From the human T2T-CHM13v2.0 reference genome, Homo sapiens: a stretch of DNA of 64,000 nucleotides. A program made the position numbers and the translations under genes. Each line of letters starts with the position of its first letter. The stretch's first letter is position 1. The stretch lies in the NCBI RefSeq assembly GCF_009914755.1, contig NC_060933.1; one strand, given 5' to 3'. The notes under the pieces were generated by a model that was given only the letters and a program-made list of their open reading frames with translations, did not search any database and was not told the DNA's origin. Positions 13,620 to 29,121 of this stretch are shown piece by piece.

Positions 13620-14947
13620 CACCAACTCCATCTTGGCTTTGTCTCCACCTCGTCACCAGACTCTTCCTGTCAAGGTTATCCGAGATCTCCACTTTGCTCA
13701 ATCCAGTGTCCAAGTCCTGGCTGCTATGGGCTCGACCTGTCACATGTATGATGGAGCTGACTGCTCTGTGCTTGAGGCACCCCTCCCTTTTTCCTGTGCA
13801 CAGCTCTCCTCTCTCAGGGGCCACTCTCGAATGGTCCAGAGCTTGCCCTCAGAGGGTTATTTTTCTCTTCTATTCACCCTCACTCCCTAGGTCCTCGCTT
13901 CTGGTCTCACAGCTTTTCACACCAACTGTATGCTGATGATGTCCAAATCTTTATTTACAGCCCAACCTCTCTCCTAAACTTCCTCCTTGATGGCTCCGCC
14001 AGGAAGTCTGCCAGGGGCCTCAAGCTTAGTCCATCCAGACTGATCCCATTTATTCATCTGATTATCCTGCAGTGCCATCATCTTAGGAAATTGCTACTCC
14101 CTCCTTCCAGTAACCAAGGCAAATACACAAGGCTTGTCTTTCTCTCATATCCCACTGCCAAAGCTTTAGCAAAGTCTTTGAGTCTACCTTGAAAATATAC
14201 ACAGAATCTGACCACTTGTCACCACCTGCACGTCAATAGCCATGTCCAAGGCGCTACCACCTCTTGCTGGGATTATTTCTACAGCTCCTAATTGGCATCC
14301 CAATTCCTGCCACGGCCCTTCCATAGAACATTCTCAATACAGCCTCCAAAGACAATCTTTTAAAGCCTAAGTCAGACCACATAACCTCCTCCCCAAGGCT
14401 TTCCCATGATGCTCCATTTCACTCTGAGTAAAAGCCAAAACCTACAAAGTGGCCTCCAGGACAACCTGTGCTTATCCCTGTTACTGCTTCCAACTCATGT
14501 CCAGCTACTTGCACCCTCACCCAATTCTCCCTGCCTATTGGCCCCTCTCTGTTCCTTGGGCACATGAGATCCAAGCCTACTTCTAGAACTTCACCCTTGC
14601 TGACCCCTCTCCCCGGAAGATTCTTCCACCAGTTGATCTCAAGTCCTCCAGTCTCTCCTTAAATGGCACTGCTTCAGCAGAACCTTCCCTGGTGCTAACG
14701 GAAAGCACCCCACCACCTCCCATAAACACACACACTCAGCAGTATTGTCCCCTTCATCCCATTTAGTTTTTCCATCTGCATATCACCACTTGTCATCTGC
14801 ATGTGAACTTGCTCAGTTTTTTTAAATGGTCATTTTATCTCCTGATTTCCACAAAGACAAGGACTTTGATTTGTTCACTCATCTGTCTCTAGTACCCAGA
14901 ACAATGCTTTACAAAGATCAGACTCAGAAATATTTTTTGAATGAATT
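13620..14947 (+). mobile_element. L2a (RT-region remnant through 3' end)
   Basis: tgtcaaggttatccgagatctccactttgctcaatccagtg (L2 RT region), ctaccttgaaaatatacacagaatctgaccacttgtcaccacc, and terminus tagtacccagaacaatgc ... tttttgaatgaat. Confidence 0.85.
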
Positions 14948-14952
14948 AGCTA

Positions 14953-15276
<324 letters not shown>

Positions 15277-15904
15277 TTCTTTTGGTAGCATGCATATTTT
15301 TATGTGACCAATTTTGTTACTACAAAGTTTAAAAAGAGCTAGAGAACAGCCTTCAAGAGGAGACTGCTGTCCATATACTGCCAGGTCCTATGCTTGGCAT
15401 GGACACTGTGGGTGGGAAAGAGGTAGATCTTCCGAGTGTCTCCCGACAATGATACCCTGTACATCACCCACATCAGGGCTGGTCCTTTGCTCTATTTGGG
15501 CCTGAAATGACCTGGAGGCCACACTGGGCAGGCTACTTATGGGTGGACAGCTGGTCTACCAGAGGAATCTGGTAGCCTCCTTAATGCTCAGGTTTAGATC
15601 TCCAATCTCCCAAATCCTACATTAATGAGAAGTAACTTTTGGCAATTCAGATCCTGAAAGTGTAAGTTAGAAAAACCAATAGTTTATTGGCCCCAATTCC
15701 CACTTCAACCTTTCCTGTTTACAAAAAGAAGGCTAGAGAATTGATCATTCATGATGTGAGTACTTTTCACTTTTTAGAGAACAAGAACAAAATTGCTGAG
15801 GGGGTTTTCAGAGCTTTTTAATGATGGAGTTGTGTTTAAAAGATACAGGATTAAAATTGTGGAGGTCTCTACTGGTCTTATCTTGGGCATTTTGGGCATC
15901 AAGA

Positions 15905-16830
15905 TAAATTATCATAGTAGTAGACTATAGCCCATTGAAGGAAATAGGCCCCCATGAGTCCACCCTGATATAAATGAATGAGTAAATGGAAAAAAGAGAA
16001 GCCTCTCCCTTAAAGTAGAATGCTGACTAATGCATGCAAAAGGAATGATGGAATTACAAAATTATCACTTGGAAATCACCAAAAGGGTGGTGATTCAGGG
16101 AGAAGTCATTACTAGGTGTTGTGGCTAGTAAGTGGGAGTTGACGAGAAAAGGGTAGAGTTGTAGTCTCAGTACATCATCCACAACATAATCATCAATTGC
16201 AAAGGAGAAATGCTGACTTTGCTGAGGAGAGGACTGGCAGGCTCTGAGGTGATGAAGGCGACCCTCTGCAGGAGTGGGAAGGGCCCGCATCATGTGCACT
16301 GAGCACTGCATGGTTTCCATCATGGAGACCTGGCCTGAGTCTGTTGTGAGGACATACCATGCCTCAGTTTCTCTAAAACTACCAAGGACATGAGAGACAG
16401 AGAAGGGGCAAGGAACTGCTCCAGACTGAAGGAGACTGAAAAGACAGGACAACTGCATATGGCGTGCAAACCTGGATTGAATTATATGCCAGAAAGGAAG
16501 TAGAGATGGTGCTGGGAAAGCTGGCACAATGGGGATGGTGTCTGTGGGTTGGATGCAAACGTATTGGTGTGGGTTTCTCAATTAGAGGAGTTGTGCAGTG
16601 TTTATGTAGGAGAGTGTCTTTGGGGAAAACACACTGCAGTATCTAGGGGTATCTGCAGCATGCTCACAAATGGTTCCAAAACAGATGAGTGATTTATGAT
16701 TATAGATGGATAGAAGAAAGTGTGATGGTGAAAATGATGGTAAAATTTAAGCCATCATAGGAGAAATGGGATTTTTAAAAAATATTATTCTGTTAACTTT
16801 TTTGTAAGTTTGATCTATTCCAAAATATGT
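15905..16830 (+). mobile_element. L1MC4-like 3' end
   Basis: ggaactgctccagactgaaggagactgaaaagacaggacaactgc ... cctggattgaatt; ends tttttgtaagtttgatctattccaaaata. Confidence 0.75.
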
Positions 16831-17994
16831 CATTAAAAGTACAGAAATGCTGGGATAAATAGTATCCTGATAGAATGAGATAATGAGCTTTCTATCATTA
16901 TTAGGCAAAAATTTAATTAGCCACTAGCAGAATCTACTCTCTCAGGTTAATTATAGTGGAAGTATCCCAAAAATGGAAACGAGAGTTACTCAGTTTTCAA
17001 TCAGGGTGACAGAGTCACAAAACTCTATGACCCACAGCAAAGCAGTGTTCATTCACCAGGAATTTCCCAGGGAGACCTGAACATCTCTTTATTTCATTTT
17101 AAATTTTAAAATAAACATCTTTTCACCTTGAAAGTCCTTAAAGAAAACTTAAAATATACTGAAAAGTAGGGAAAAAGCACAGAGAAAACCTAAATACAGC
17201 TCTTGTTAATATTTTGGTCCATTTTCTTCCAATTTTTTTGAAGCAGAATTTTGCTTTTTTCTCTTTAAGGACAAGTCTAATTGTATTTATGTACCTTTTT
17301 ATCCTCTGTGTCTTTCTCTTAGCATCTCAAGCATTTTCCCATGTTGTTATGTAGTCTTTCTCAACAACTTTATTGGCCAATAATACTCCATCAGGTACAG
17401 GTGCCTGCTGGGAGTCTCTTAGCCCTGCCCTGTGGATGGCAGAGGAGGAAGTGGTCAGGCCTTTGTCAAGCTTTTGAGTCAGCCCACCTGGGCCTTCTGG
17501 GTCCAAGACAATCCCTTTTGCAACTAAGTCAACTTTTCTAGAATCTCCCTGTTACTTACAATCCAAAGCATTCTATCTGCTTCAGTGGGCTCCTGAATTT
17601 TTGAATTTTGTCTGGAGTGATAAAAGAGCTCACAGTTCAGAAGTTGTGAGTAATTTGTCAGTGACAGAAGAACTCATGGCTTGGAGAAGACAGGAAAGCA
17701 TTACCCTGCCAGGAAATGTTCTTATTCATACCACAGTGTGAGGCAATGGAAGCAAACATTCTCATTTGACTTGGGAAAGCTTTCAACTTTCATCCACCCA
17801 CACCCAGGACCTTTCACTTATGAATAACAAGTGCCTTTGGGGTTGGTTTGGGTGTGTGGATTTTGAGGATGCTCTGTGCTCCTTTAGGCAGCAGGGAGTT
17901 TTTCCAGATGAGGAAGCCTGCAGCCTTTCCCTCCTGAATGTTCTCCCTTCAAGAAGCAGACAACTAATGACGCCTTCCTCACGCCTGTTGCTTA

Positions 17995-18170
17995 TATGGC
18001 TTCCACAGTGCCTTGACTTATCTTATCTCATGGGGTTTGGGCAACCACTCTTGGAAGTAGATAATTCTCATTATTAACTTCACTTTGCAGATTTAGAAAT
18101 TAGGGCCTAAAAAGGTTAAATGACCTGCCTGATGTTACACATGCAGAAAGTGTGGGGTTATTTGTACATC
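17995..18170 (-). mobile_element. MIR
   Basis: cactttgcagatttagaaattagggcctaaaaaggttaaatgacctgcctgatgttacacatgc. Confidence 0.7.
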
Positions 18171-18336
18171 TGATTTTCTAAGAATGATAACATTCATGTT
18201 TGATGATCAGTAGTGGTTAAGAATACAACACTGGGCTTTGTTGTCAATAGACAACAGAGTCAAGTAAGATAAAAAAACAAAGTAAGCTAAAGTATTGTCA
18301 GTAATTTACTTTAAAAATTCTTAAGTTTTTAGAATG

Positions 18337-18416
18337 GTGTGTGTGTGTGTGTGTGATATGTGTGTGTATGTGATGTGTGTGTGATGTGTGTGTGTGGTGT
18401 GTGTGTGTGTGTGTGT
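18337..18416. repeat. Interrupted (TG)n microsatellite
   Basis: About 80 bp of TG with TGA/TA interruptions. Confidence 0.95.
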
Positions 18417-19665
18417 TTATGTCAACATTGATCTAAACTCCCAGGGCTTTTATTTACCATGTGGAGGACACTAATGAGGAATCCTAACTACCTTAATTTA
18501 GACCTTAATTTGGAATCAGTTTTCCAGAAACAACTAAGGCAAGCCTTTAAATATTACCATCAGAATCAGCAGTAACAGGTCCATTGATCAGTGTAAGGAC
18601 TGTTGGATAATTTATTTTGATGAAATAAGTGGCATAATTATATGTGATTGGTTGCAAGACTGGCAAAGTTGCCTCCACCCGTGTATGAATGGAGTAAAAG
18701 CATCCAGCAAACCCAGTAGTCTCCCCACTTTGGAGTGGTGCTCAGGATGTGGAAATCTGTTTCATCCTTCACTTGATCGGACTGACAGACCAGATGTTCC
18801 CACCTTCCCATAATGGTTGCAATTGCCAGGGGTGAATTCTTCTATACTTAATGTGCTTCCCAGGGAGCCTAAAAGGATGCAGCAGCATAGAAGCTTAAGA
18901 GATCACGTTTTATGAAGGATTCTGCATCAGCTGGTTCATACATAGAGCTAATAAATGTCTGTATGAGTTCAGTCTGAGACTTGCTTTCCACACAACACCT
19001 GGTAAGGAGGATTGGGAGAAGAGACATGGTTTCTGACCACCTCTAATGTTCAGAGGCTGTCAGTATGTCAGTATTTCCCCCAAATTATTTGGTATTTGGG
19101 AACAACCAAAGGGTCTTAGGTTGGAACACAACAATCAGGGTTCTCAGATTTCACTTGGATTTTTGTAGTTAAGGCCCTAATATCAGCCCTAAACCCTGTC
19201 TTCTCATATTTAAACTACAAGCGCATCTCTGTCACACAGTCTCTGGCTCCAGCATGGCCTCAGGCAGGGAATGGTCCAATCATGCCCAGTATGTCTGGGT
19301 CTCTGTAACCAGGAATCATTGTGGGATTCCAAGGAGCTCCCCATGTGTTGAGGAATAGAGAAGAGATTGGGATCTAAAGACATTGAATTCTGTAGGGGCA
19401 TTCCAATATATAGATCCAAATCACAGGCCCACAGGGAGCATGCAAAGTGTTCATGCTGGATGGAGGATGAATGATTTAATCAGTGCAATCAGCCCACAGC
19501 AATTCCTCCAAACTCAATAGGAGGTCCATTACGGTTTACTTTTTAATGGAGCTAGACTTCCTTTAGCGTGGGACATGGCCCTAAAAAATAAAAAGAAAAT
19601 TAATCAGACTTCTGGGTTCAGCTTTGACATGTGAAGAGATCAGAAGTCATCAATAAGAAAAAGCT

Positions 19666-19940
<275 letters not shown>

Positions 19941-20839
19941 AAGAAAAAGCTGAAAAAAACCTGAAAATCAATGACTTTTTCTAGACCCAGCAGAGAACTG
20001 AGATTACAAACCACACCCTGAAGTCTGTCGAGACAGGTGAATCCAGAGACACAGCCAAGATCTACTGGCCTGGGGAAGAAGCTGCTGGAGCAGTAACTGG
20101 CAGGAAGTCTTAAACATGAATTTTGATGACTTGCTGGAGGCTGAGTATGGACTAGTGTGAAAGTGGGTATCTCCTATGGGCTGCAGTCCTAGAGGGACCC
20201 ACTGTTACGGTTTTTACCTTCAGAAATCCCAACAGCTTCTCACAATGAAGAGAAAAGCAAGATCTCCTCCTGTTTCTGGTGAGGGGTGGGGAAGAATAAT
20301 TCTCATGAAGCTCCCCTGGAGCCTTCTCCGTAACAGAGACCTGCTCGTCAGGGAAAAACACTTTATTACAATCTTCCCCCAGCTGGAGAAAAGGCATTGC
20401 TCCCACTCCAGCCCACTCTAGACTTCCTGTCTCACCAAACAGGAAGGAAGCAATACGACTAGAGAAACACTTGTGAGGGTCACAGCCTTGAGACAGAGGC
20501 CCATGAAAAAAACTACAATTTAATCATAAGATTATAGAATAATGCCCCCTCCGCAACCCCAAGCACACTCCTCTTAGCACGACACCAACAGAGCTGTGGT
20601 AGAATAAGAGTGAATTACAGCTGGAAGAGCTGCAAGTCACAGACTCTCTCCGAGGAAGAGCACTTAGGGAAGCCCAAAGTTAAAAATAGAGCAAAAGCCA
20701 GGAGAAATTTGGGGCCTGTGGCATATACGGCTACAGCAAATACTAATCAAAGTTCAACTCCTAGCCAAATTCACGTAAAATTTCAAACTAAAGACTAATT
20801 TGCCTTAGACCCCATTATTCAATAAAACATGTCCACCTT

Positions 20840-20972
20840 TCTTTTTTTTTTTTTCTGAGATAGGGTCTTGCTATGTTGCTGAGGCTGGTCTCAAACACCT
20901 GGTCTCAAGCGATCCTCCTGCCTCGGCCTCCCAAAGTTCTGAGATTACAGTCATGAGCCACTATATCCAGAC
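20840..20972 (-). mobile_element. FLAM_C / Alu left monomer
   Basis: T-tail followed by gagatagggtcttgctatgttg ... ctcaagcgatcctcctgcctcggcctcccaaag. Confidence 0.9.
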
Positions 20973-21257
20973 AACGTATTAACCTTTCAACAAGGCAATG
21001 CTAAAAGGCAAGCAAACCAACCAACCCCCCAAAAAAACCCCACCAAACTTGAAACCCAAAGTCTGAAAAGACAGAGCAAGCATTAGAAGCAGACTCTCCC
21101 ATGATACACATGTTGGAATTATCACACAGGGAATTTAAAATAGCTATTATTAATATGTTGAGAGCTCTAATGCAAAAAGTAGATAACCTGCAAGAAGACA
21201 TGGATAATGAAAGCAGAGTGATGGAAACTCTAAAAAAGAATCAACAGAAAAAGCTAG

Positions 21258-21559
<302 letters not shown>

Positions 21560-21597
21560 TCAGTGAGCTTTAAGGTAGGTCAATAGACACTTGCAAT

Positions 21598-21632
21598 ACA
21601 CACACACACACACACACATGCACACACACACA
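21598..21632. repeat. (CA)n microsatellite
   Basis: CA repeat with one TG interruption. Confidence 0.9.
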
Positions 21633-22261
21633 ATTCAAGAAAGTACTGTGGGGCAATTACAAGAGATATAACTAAGTGCAGTTGCAATAACAGGAGAAGA
21701 GAGAATGAAGCAAAATAAATATTTGAAGTAATAATGACCAAAAACTTTCCCAAATTAATGATAGAGTACAAATCACAGATCCATGAAATTGAAAGAACAT
21801 AAAAAATCTAGGCTTGTAGGGAAAACATTTATACCATATCATGTTCAAACTGCAGAAAACTAAAGACAAAGATCAAATTTTGAAAGTAGCCAGAGAGGAA
21901 GAAAAAACTTTACTTATTAAAAAAATAAGGATAAGGACTACAGCAGAGTTCTCATAAGAAACCATGTCAGCAAGAAAAGAATGGAGTGATATATTTAAAG
22001 TGTGAAAGAAAAAATCCCCACCAAACTAGAATTCTATATTTAGCCAAATTTGTTGTTCAAAAGGGAGGAGAAACAAAGATTTTTAACAAAAACTGCACAT
22101 CATCCTCAGCACATCTTCCCTGTAAGAAAAGTTAAAGAAGCTTTTCAGGGGGAAGAAATGTTACATAGGTCAAAAACCCAGATCCATGTAAAGAAAGGAA
22201 GAGCACCAGAGAAGAAAGAAGTGAAAGTAAAATAAAATATTATATTTTCCTTAATCATATT

Positions 22262-22624
22262 TGTATTCATCTGTTCTCACACTGCTAATAAAGACAAACC
22301 TAAGACTGGGTAATTTATAAAGAGAAGAGGTTTAATGGACTCACAGTTCCACATGGCTGGGGAGGCCTCACAATCATGGCAGAAGGCAAATGAGGAGTAA
22401 AGTCACATCTTACATGGTGGCAGGCAAGAGCGTGTGTGTAGGGGAACTCCCCTTTATAAAACCATCAGATCTTGTGAGACTTATTCACTATCAGGAGAAC
22501 AGCACAAGAAAAACCCACCCCCATGATTCAGTTACCTCCAACCGGTTTCTCCCACAACACGTGGGAATTATGGGAGCTATAATTCAAGATGAGATTTAGG
22601 TGGAGACACTGCCAAACCATATCA
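22262..22624 (-). mobile_element. THE1C-like MaLR solo LTR
   Basis: tgtatt ... gactcacagttccacatggctggggaggcctcacaatcatgg ... gccaaaccatatca; TG..CA ends; TSD atatt/gtatt. Confidence 0.93.
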
Positions 22625-23369
22625 GTATTAATGTAAAGTGTAACAATTTTCTGTTCATTTCTTGTTTCTAGTTCATTTTTTTGCTTCTGTGGCAAAAAAG
22701 AAACACTTGAATTTTTTTTAGGTTTTCATTCTGTGTTTTTGAGAATATCTCGTGTTTTTCGAGTATATCATGTTGTGTCACTGTCTTGGTGGCTGGTCTA
22801 AATATTAAAATATACATGTGACAACATAGTCTACTGGTGTCAGCATTTCATCACTTTCAGCAAAATGTGGAAGCCTTAATTTTATTTAGGTCCTTTTAGC
22901 TCCTTATTTTTAAATATTGTCGTGTGTCAGATGGTGTGATGATATTTTTCAGCCATCATATATGATTTAGAGAGTTCATGACAAGAAGGATAACCTATTG
23001 CATTTACTCACCTTATTCCCTTTACACTGGTCTTTCTTCCTTCTTGATAGTCCAAGATTCCTTCCTTTACTTTGTCTTTCTGTTTAAAGTGTTACTTTTA
23101 ATGACGCTTTAAGGGTAGGCCTGCTAACAACACAATATTTTGGTTTTCCTTCTTCTGGGAGTGTCTTTATTTCTCTCATCATTTCTGGGGAATATTTTCA
23201 TACAGAATTCATTATTGACAGTTCTTTTTCTTTTCAGTGCTTGAAAAATGCAGTGCCATTTCCTTCTGGCCTCCACGGTTTCAGATGAAAAATCCTCTGT
23301 CCTTTGAATTGGTGTTTGTTCCTTTATATATAATGTGCCATTTCTCTCTGGCTGTTTTCTATTATTATC

Positions 23370-23546
23370 TATTTCTAATTGGTAAAAACTAATTGTGTGT
23401 TTTTGTGAGGTACAATGTGATGTTTTAATTCATGTATACATTATAGAAAGATTAAATCAAGCTAATTAACATCCATCTCCTCACCAACTTATTATTTTTT
23501 GTGGTGAGAATGTTAAAAATGTATTATTTTAAAAATTTTGAAATAG
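23370..23546 (-). mobile_element. L1MA-type 3' end nested in older L1
   Basis: ggtacaatgtgatgtttt ... taaatcaagctaattaacatccatctcctcacc ... tgtggtgagaatgttaaaaat. Confidence 0.8.
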
Positions 23547-24252
23547 TGATTTTTTTCTTTGTCTTCTGTTTTCAGAAGTTTAATGAATGATATATTTTGG
23601 TATGAGTTTCTTTGGGTTTTTGCTATCTGTGGGTTGCCCGGCTTCTTAAGCCTGTATTTCACCAAGTCTGGATATTTACAGCCACTATTGCTTCAGCTAC
23701 TCTTTTATGTCTGTTCTCTTTTTCATCTCCTTCTGGGATTCCAATGATACAAATGTTGTCTCATTTGTTACAGTCACACAGGTTGTGAAGTCTCTGTTCA
23801 TTTTTTAGGTCCATATTCTCTCTGTTAAGATTGGGTAAATTCTGTCGATCTGTCATCAAGTTCACCAATTCTGTCCTCTGTCATCTCCACTCTACTGTTG
23901 AGCCTACTCAGAGTGTTTAATTTCTGCTATTGTATTTTTCAGTTTTACAGTTCCCATTTGTTTTTTTTTGATTCAATTTTTTATGAGATTTTCTATCTTT
24001 TAAGTTTTCCAGAGAATTTGTAATTGCTTGTTAAGTCACTATTAAGATCGTTGCTTTAAACTTTTTGTCTGATAATTCTAACTCCTGATTTGTCTCAGTG
24101 CTGGCATCAGTGGATTATCTTTTCTCATTAAAGTTTGTTATATTCTTGGTTCTTGGTAGGATGGATGATTTTTTGATTGTAAGCTGGACATTTTGCCTAT
24201 TATTTAGGAAACTATGGGTTCTGTTAAATTATTTTATTTTATTTATCACTAA

Positions 24253-24568
<316 letters not shown>

Positions 24569-25321
24569 TAAGTATTTTATTTATTTTCACTTTTAACTTG
24601 TTAAGGTGTAGGACTTGTTAAGGTCCTGGCCTACTTTTGTGGCACTCTAATTTGCAGAGCCCTAGTGGTGCTAATGTGAACTGGGGGGTATATCTCATGC
24701 TGCTGGGCTCCCGTCAGGCACCTCAGGTGTTGTCTGAGAAGGCAGATGAAGCTTCCCCTGGCTGGGTCTCTATGGAAGAGGGACATCGGCAGACGGTGGG
24801 GACAATGAGGCCTCCCAGTCAAGGCCCTTGCTGTGGCAGGATGGCTCCTGCTTGTGGGGGCCAGGCACATGTAGGGGCAGGATCCCCATTAGTGGTGCCC
24901 CAAGGTGGGTGGTGAGGGGGGTTCTCTGCCCCTGTGTTAAAGGAAAAGAGCACCTCCCCTGGTGGCCTGTTGTCAGCAGGGCTCCAACTATGCTTAGATG
25001 GTTGCTTGGCCCGCCTGGTGTTGCTGCAGGACTCTGTTTGATTAGAGGGACAAATGAGCCTACCTGGGTTACCTTCCATAGCTAGGTTGGGTATTGGAAA
25101 CACTGGGTCTGGTGGCCTGCTTCCGTCGAGTGAGGGCTGTAAAACACTCTGCCACTGCGTTGTCCAGTCCCAGGCTCACAAACCAGTTCACATTTCTCTT
25201 TTCATCTTTCATTGTTTCTTATGTTATTTACAGGGTTTTTGGTTGTGCTTTCCAGTGGGGAGGTGAGACAAGTCCAGAGTAGATATTTGCTGGCTTTATT
25301 TTAAATAGCAAATTCTATAAT

Positions 25322-25572
25322 CTTTTCTTTTCTTTTTTTGGAGACAGTCTCGCTCTGTTGCCCAGGCTGGAGTGCAGTGACACAATCAGCTCACTGCAGC
25401 CTCCGCCTCCCGGGTTCAAGCTATTCCTCTGCCTCTGGGATTACAGGTATATGCCACCATGCCCCGCTAATTTTTTGTATTTTTAGTAGAGACAGGGTTT
25501 CACCATGTCAAGAACCAGGTTGTTCTTGAACTCCTGAGCTCAGGCAATCTACCCGCCTCAGCCTCTCAATGT
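25322..25572 (-). mobile_element. 5'-truncated, internally deleted Alu (AluS/J)
   Basis: Alu antisense sequence; TSD-like ataatcttttc / ataattcttttc. Confidence 0.9.
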
Positions 25573-27049
25573 AATAATTCTTTTCATCGTAAAATTATTC
25601 AAATAAATGTCCTTTTAGCACTTTGTGCTGTGAATAAACAGCTTCATTTGCCAACTTTGTAAAGTTTCTTCTCAAACATTTAACAGTCCCAGAAATTTAA
25701 GAGAATTCCACCAGCCACGGTTTAAATTTGTGACCTTCAAAGTAACAAAAAAGTAAACTAAGATCTGTTTGCCATCTGTGGTTTGTTTCCATCTGATGAA
25801 GTAAAATTAGGTGAGAAGACATTCTCTTCCAAAATAGATAACATTCAGCAATGCTGGAATCCTTTAATGAATATTTCTGAAGTTTCCAAGGAAAAAATCA
25901 TTGGCAGCCTCAAAAGGCTTAGTTTGAGACTAAAAAGAGGGGCGCTGTTCTTGAATTTCCAAAAGGTCCACAACTACCCTGGCATTCCAACACCTCCTTA
26001 CTTGCATTCCATTCTTCCCTTGATTCCTTCTAGAATCACGTGGCTCTGGGCGATGAGAGGACCTGGCTTCTTCTCCCTTCCATGTAGCTCTGCATCCAGG
26101 GTGACTTGAGCATCCCCAGCTTCCAGACAGGAGCTCCCCCAGCCTCAGAAACAGTGCATTAATTCAAAGTGCTAACAGCACCAGTTTCTTAGCCCTTTTT
26201 TTACTGGTTTGTGGGAACATAATGCTGCAAGTGACAGGGCAAAAGAGAATCCAAATCAGGTCCCATGCCTGTCAGGAGTGCTCTTCAATGTGCATGGCAC
26301 CTCCTACCTCTCACACCCATCCTAGCTCCCAACATCCTTGCAACTGGCTACTTCAACAGGATCAGGGGCCAGCCCAGGGATTCGTCTGTCAGAGGATCAC
26401 AGAACATACCATTGTCTCATAAAGACTGCTTTTAGTAAACAAGTGAAAAAGAACTTACATAGACAAATAGGCATAAATATAGACTCCTCGTAAAGTTGAA
26501 ATTCTATAAATCAAGGAGTGGGCAAGGGATAAGTGTGCATGGGTCAGAGGAAAAGACAGAGAAATGAGTGGCGGGAGACTTAAGGAAGGCAAATGAATGA
26601 GTCAGGGGCTCTGAGGGGCAGGGGAGCACTCCATACACTAACTGATTTCTGAGCGGAAAGATAAGAGCAGCAGGAATTTTGTCACCTGATAAAGCTCTTG
26701 AATCCTTGAGATGGGGGAGGCCAGAGGAAATTAGGCCAAGATTAAATAGTAACATAAAAAAGGGCAAGATAAACTCCCACCAAGGCTAGTGTTTAAACAA
26801 ATTATGTTGCTTCCCTGAGTTATATGCAGTTATTAAAAGTCATTTTTGAAGAATATTTAATGATAAGAGGAAATAGCATATATCAATAATAATTACAATC
26901 TTCTTTCAAAAAATTATATGAACTTCAGTTTGGACAATAAGGTAAACTAAATAACTTAAAAACTATTACCTAGAAATATAAAATAACAAATATTGTTTTC
27001 AATGCATAAGTGAGCAGAAAAAAATGGCACAAAGTGAGAGTTCAGAAAG

Positions 27050-27478
27050 AGGGCTAGAACATTTGGAAATATGTGACCCACGTGGGGTTCTCGTGCTGGG
27101 AAATACAGATTATTAATTAAATGGACTGGTCCCTTTGCTATTCATGGGCTGAAAATATAAAACTCAATCCCAGATCTCCACATAGAGAAATTTGATGATG
27201 TAAAGACCTACAAGAAAACAAGGAAGATCTTATGCCCTCAGGGTGGAAAGGCATTTCTAAGACAAGTGTCAAAAGCATAAACCAAGAAAGGAAAAAAAAA
27301 ACACAAAAACCATACCTTCTTTTAAGTGAAAGCTTCTGAATGACAAAGCATACTTTAAGAGTTCCAAGAGATAGCCCTTAGTTTAGGAAGAATATTGGCA
27401 ATGCTATAACTGAAGTTGGATTAGTGAAAAAATATGAATGTTTCCTACATATCAGTGAGAAGGAGATAAAGAAACCAT
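27050..27478 (+). mobile_element. L1ME-like ORF2 3' fragment (continues at about 30008)
   Basis: ggaaaggcatttctaagac ... caaaagcataaacc ... ggaagaatattggcaatgctataactga ... cctacatatcagtgag. Confidence 0.6.
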
Positions 27479-27479
27479 A

Positions 27480-27860
27480 TTGGAACAAAGAGCACCTGTG
27501 CATATCCAACTCTTCCTCTATTCACAGCCTCCCTTCCTAGACTGGCCATGTGCCAAAATTTGGCCAATGACATTTGAACAAAGAGCTGTCCTTCATTTAT
27601 AGGTCTGGTCTCTAAGATGTCCCTCCCATGTAATCTTCCACGGGCTCTGTCTTCCCCATCTTCATGGCTGGAAGTGAAGGCTTCAGAGAGTCCCCCAGTG
27701 GAATATTCCTGGGTCCCTGGGTCCCCTTGGAGAGGAGCCATGGTCTGGGCTAGATCCACATCAGGCTAGCATGTGAAGAGGAGATAAATATTTACTGTGT
27801 TACATCACCAAGATGAGTTGTTTGTTGGAGCAGCCAGTCTTAATTACCTTTATCTATTCA
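27480..27860 (+). mobile_element. MLT1I-like 5' LTR
   Basis: cagcctcccttcc ... ggccatgtgccaaaatttggccaatg ... gagataaatattttactgtgtta; followed directly by an MLT1-int start. Confidence 0.65.
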
Positions 27861-28425
27861 AAAACTAGTGCCAGGGGTGGAGTGCTTACACATAAAAAAC
27901 CTGAGCTATATGGTATTTTCTTAGTTTTGGTGGTAGGCGTCAAAGAAACAAAAACCTAAGCCTGGAAACACGGAAATCTATGTTATGAACTGGTACATAT
28001 TTGGTAAAACATGTTAGGAGGCATGTCATATGCCTAATTAAGCTGGCAGCTTGAGGAGAAGTGAATCAGAAAGATTCAAGGTGTATCTGGGCTCCTTTTG
28101 GAAAGGTGTTCCAACAATGAGGTGAGCCCAAGAAAAAACCGGGCTGTTTATAGGGAGAAATATAATGGGACTGGGAAAGTCCAAACATTCTAGTCACTGC
28201 AGGGTTGGAAGAGCCAACTGCTTTCAGATCACAAACAATAAGACGAGACTTGAAAATAATTTGTTCAACAACAGCTATAAATCTTTCTCAGTGATTAAAG
28301 AGAAAGATCATAGTGAGGGTATGCCATTCCCACACAAGCCTGAGAGCCTCCAGAAAGTTGAGAAGAAGAGGAATAAGGGTGAGTAAACATTATAATACAG
28401 AAAGGTTTGAGTCTATATTCAGGAA

Positions 28426-28428
<3 letters not shown>

Positions 28429-28459
<31 letters not shown>
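28429..28459. repeat. (AC)n microsatellite
   Basis: About 15 perfect AC units. Confidence 0.95.
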
Positions 28460-28462
<3 letters not shown>

Positions 28463-28608
28463 TATGGGCATAGTGACTGAGGTTTGAACCTGAATGGAAG
28501 CTAATGGACCAGAAATCAATTAGGTTTTTGGGGAAATCATGTTCCAAAGACACCATTAACAGGAGGAACAGCAACAAAAATGTTGACTATTTGAGGTCCA
28601 AAGACTTC

Positions 28609-29121
28609 TGTGGGAGATTACATTTTCCAAAATGATCACACTACTACCTCTCACGCCATCTGCTCTTTTGAGAAGTGACCAATACACCTCTCACTGAGGC
28701 ATAAGGTGGAGGTTGTCTATGTTCTCTCCCCTTAACTATGGGTATGCTTGTGACTGTGGCGGAACTGGCACTATGCAATTTCCATGGTAACTCATGAAGG
28801 ATGATGAATCGTCTATCTGGTTCTCATGGGACGTTTGCTCTTAGGACCCAGTCACCATGCTGTGGGGAAGCCCAACAGCCCTGGGGGGAGCCCCACATGG
28901 AAAGAACCAAGTCTTCTGGTCCTTAGCTCCAAATGAACTCCCAGCCATGGCCAGCACCAACTTGTCTGCCTTGTGAGTGAGCTGTTTTGGAAGCGGATTC
29001 TCCAGCTCCCATTGACACCACTGAGCCCTGCCCTATTGCAGATTTGTGAACTAAATAATTTTTGCTTTTTAAGCCACTAACTTTTGGAAGTGTTTAGTAC
29101 ACAAAAATAGATGACCAGAAC
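28609..29121 (+). mobile_element. MLT1G/H-like solo LTR nested in MLT1-int
   Basis: tgtgggagattacattttccaaaatg ... ggacccagtcaccatgctgtggggaagccc ... ttttaagccactaacttttgg ... atagatgaccagaaca. Confidence 0.8.

Noticed and set aside
16054-16581. 175-aa minus-strand ORF
   Set aside because: It is antisense to an L1MC4-like 3'UTR.
23806-24180. Apparent segmental duplication with 47433-47810
   Set aside because: Explained by two copies of related ancient L1 ORF1 sequence.
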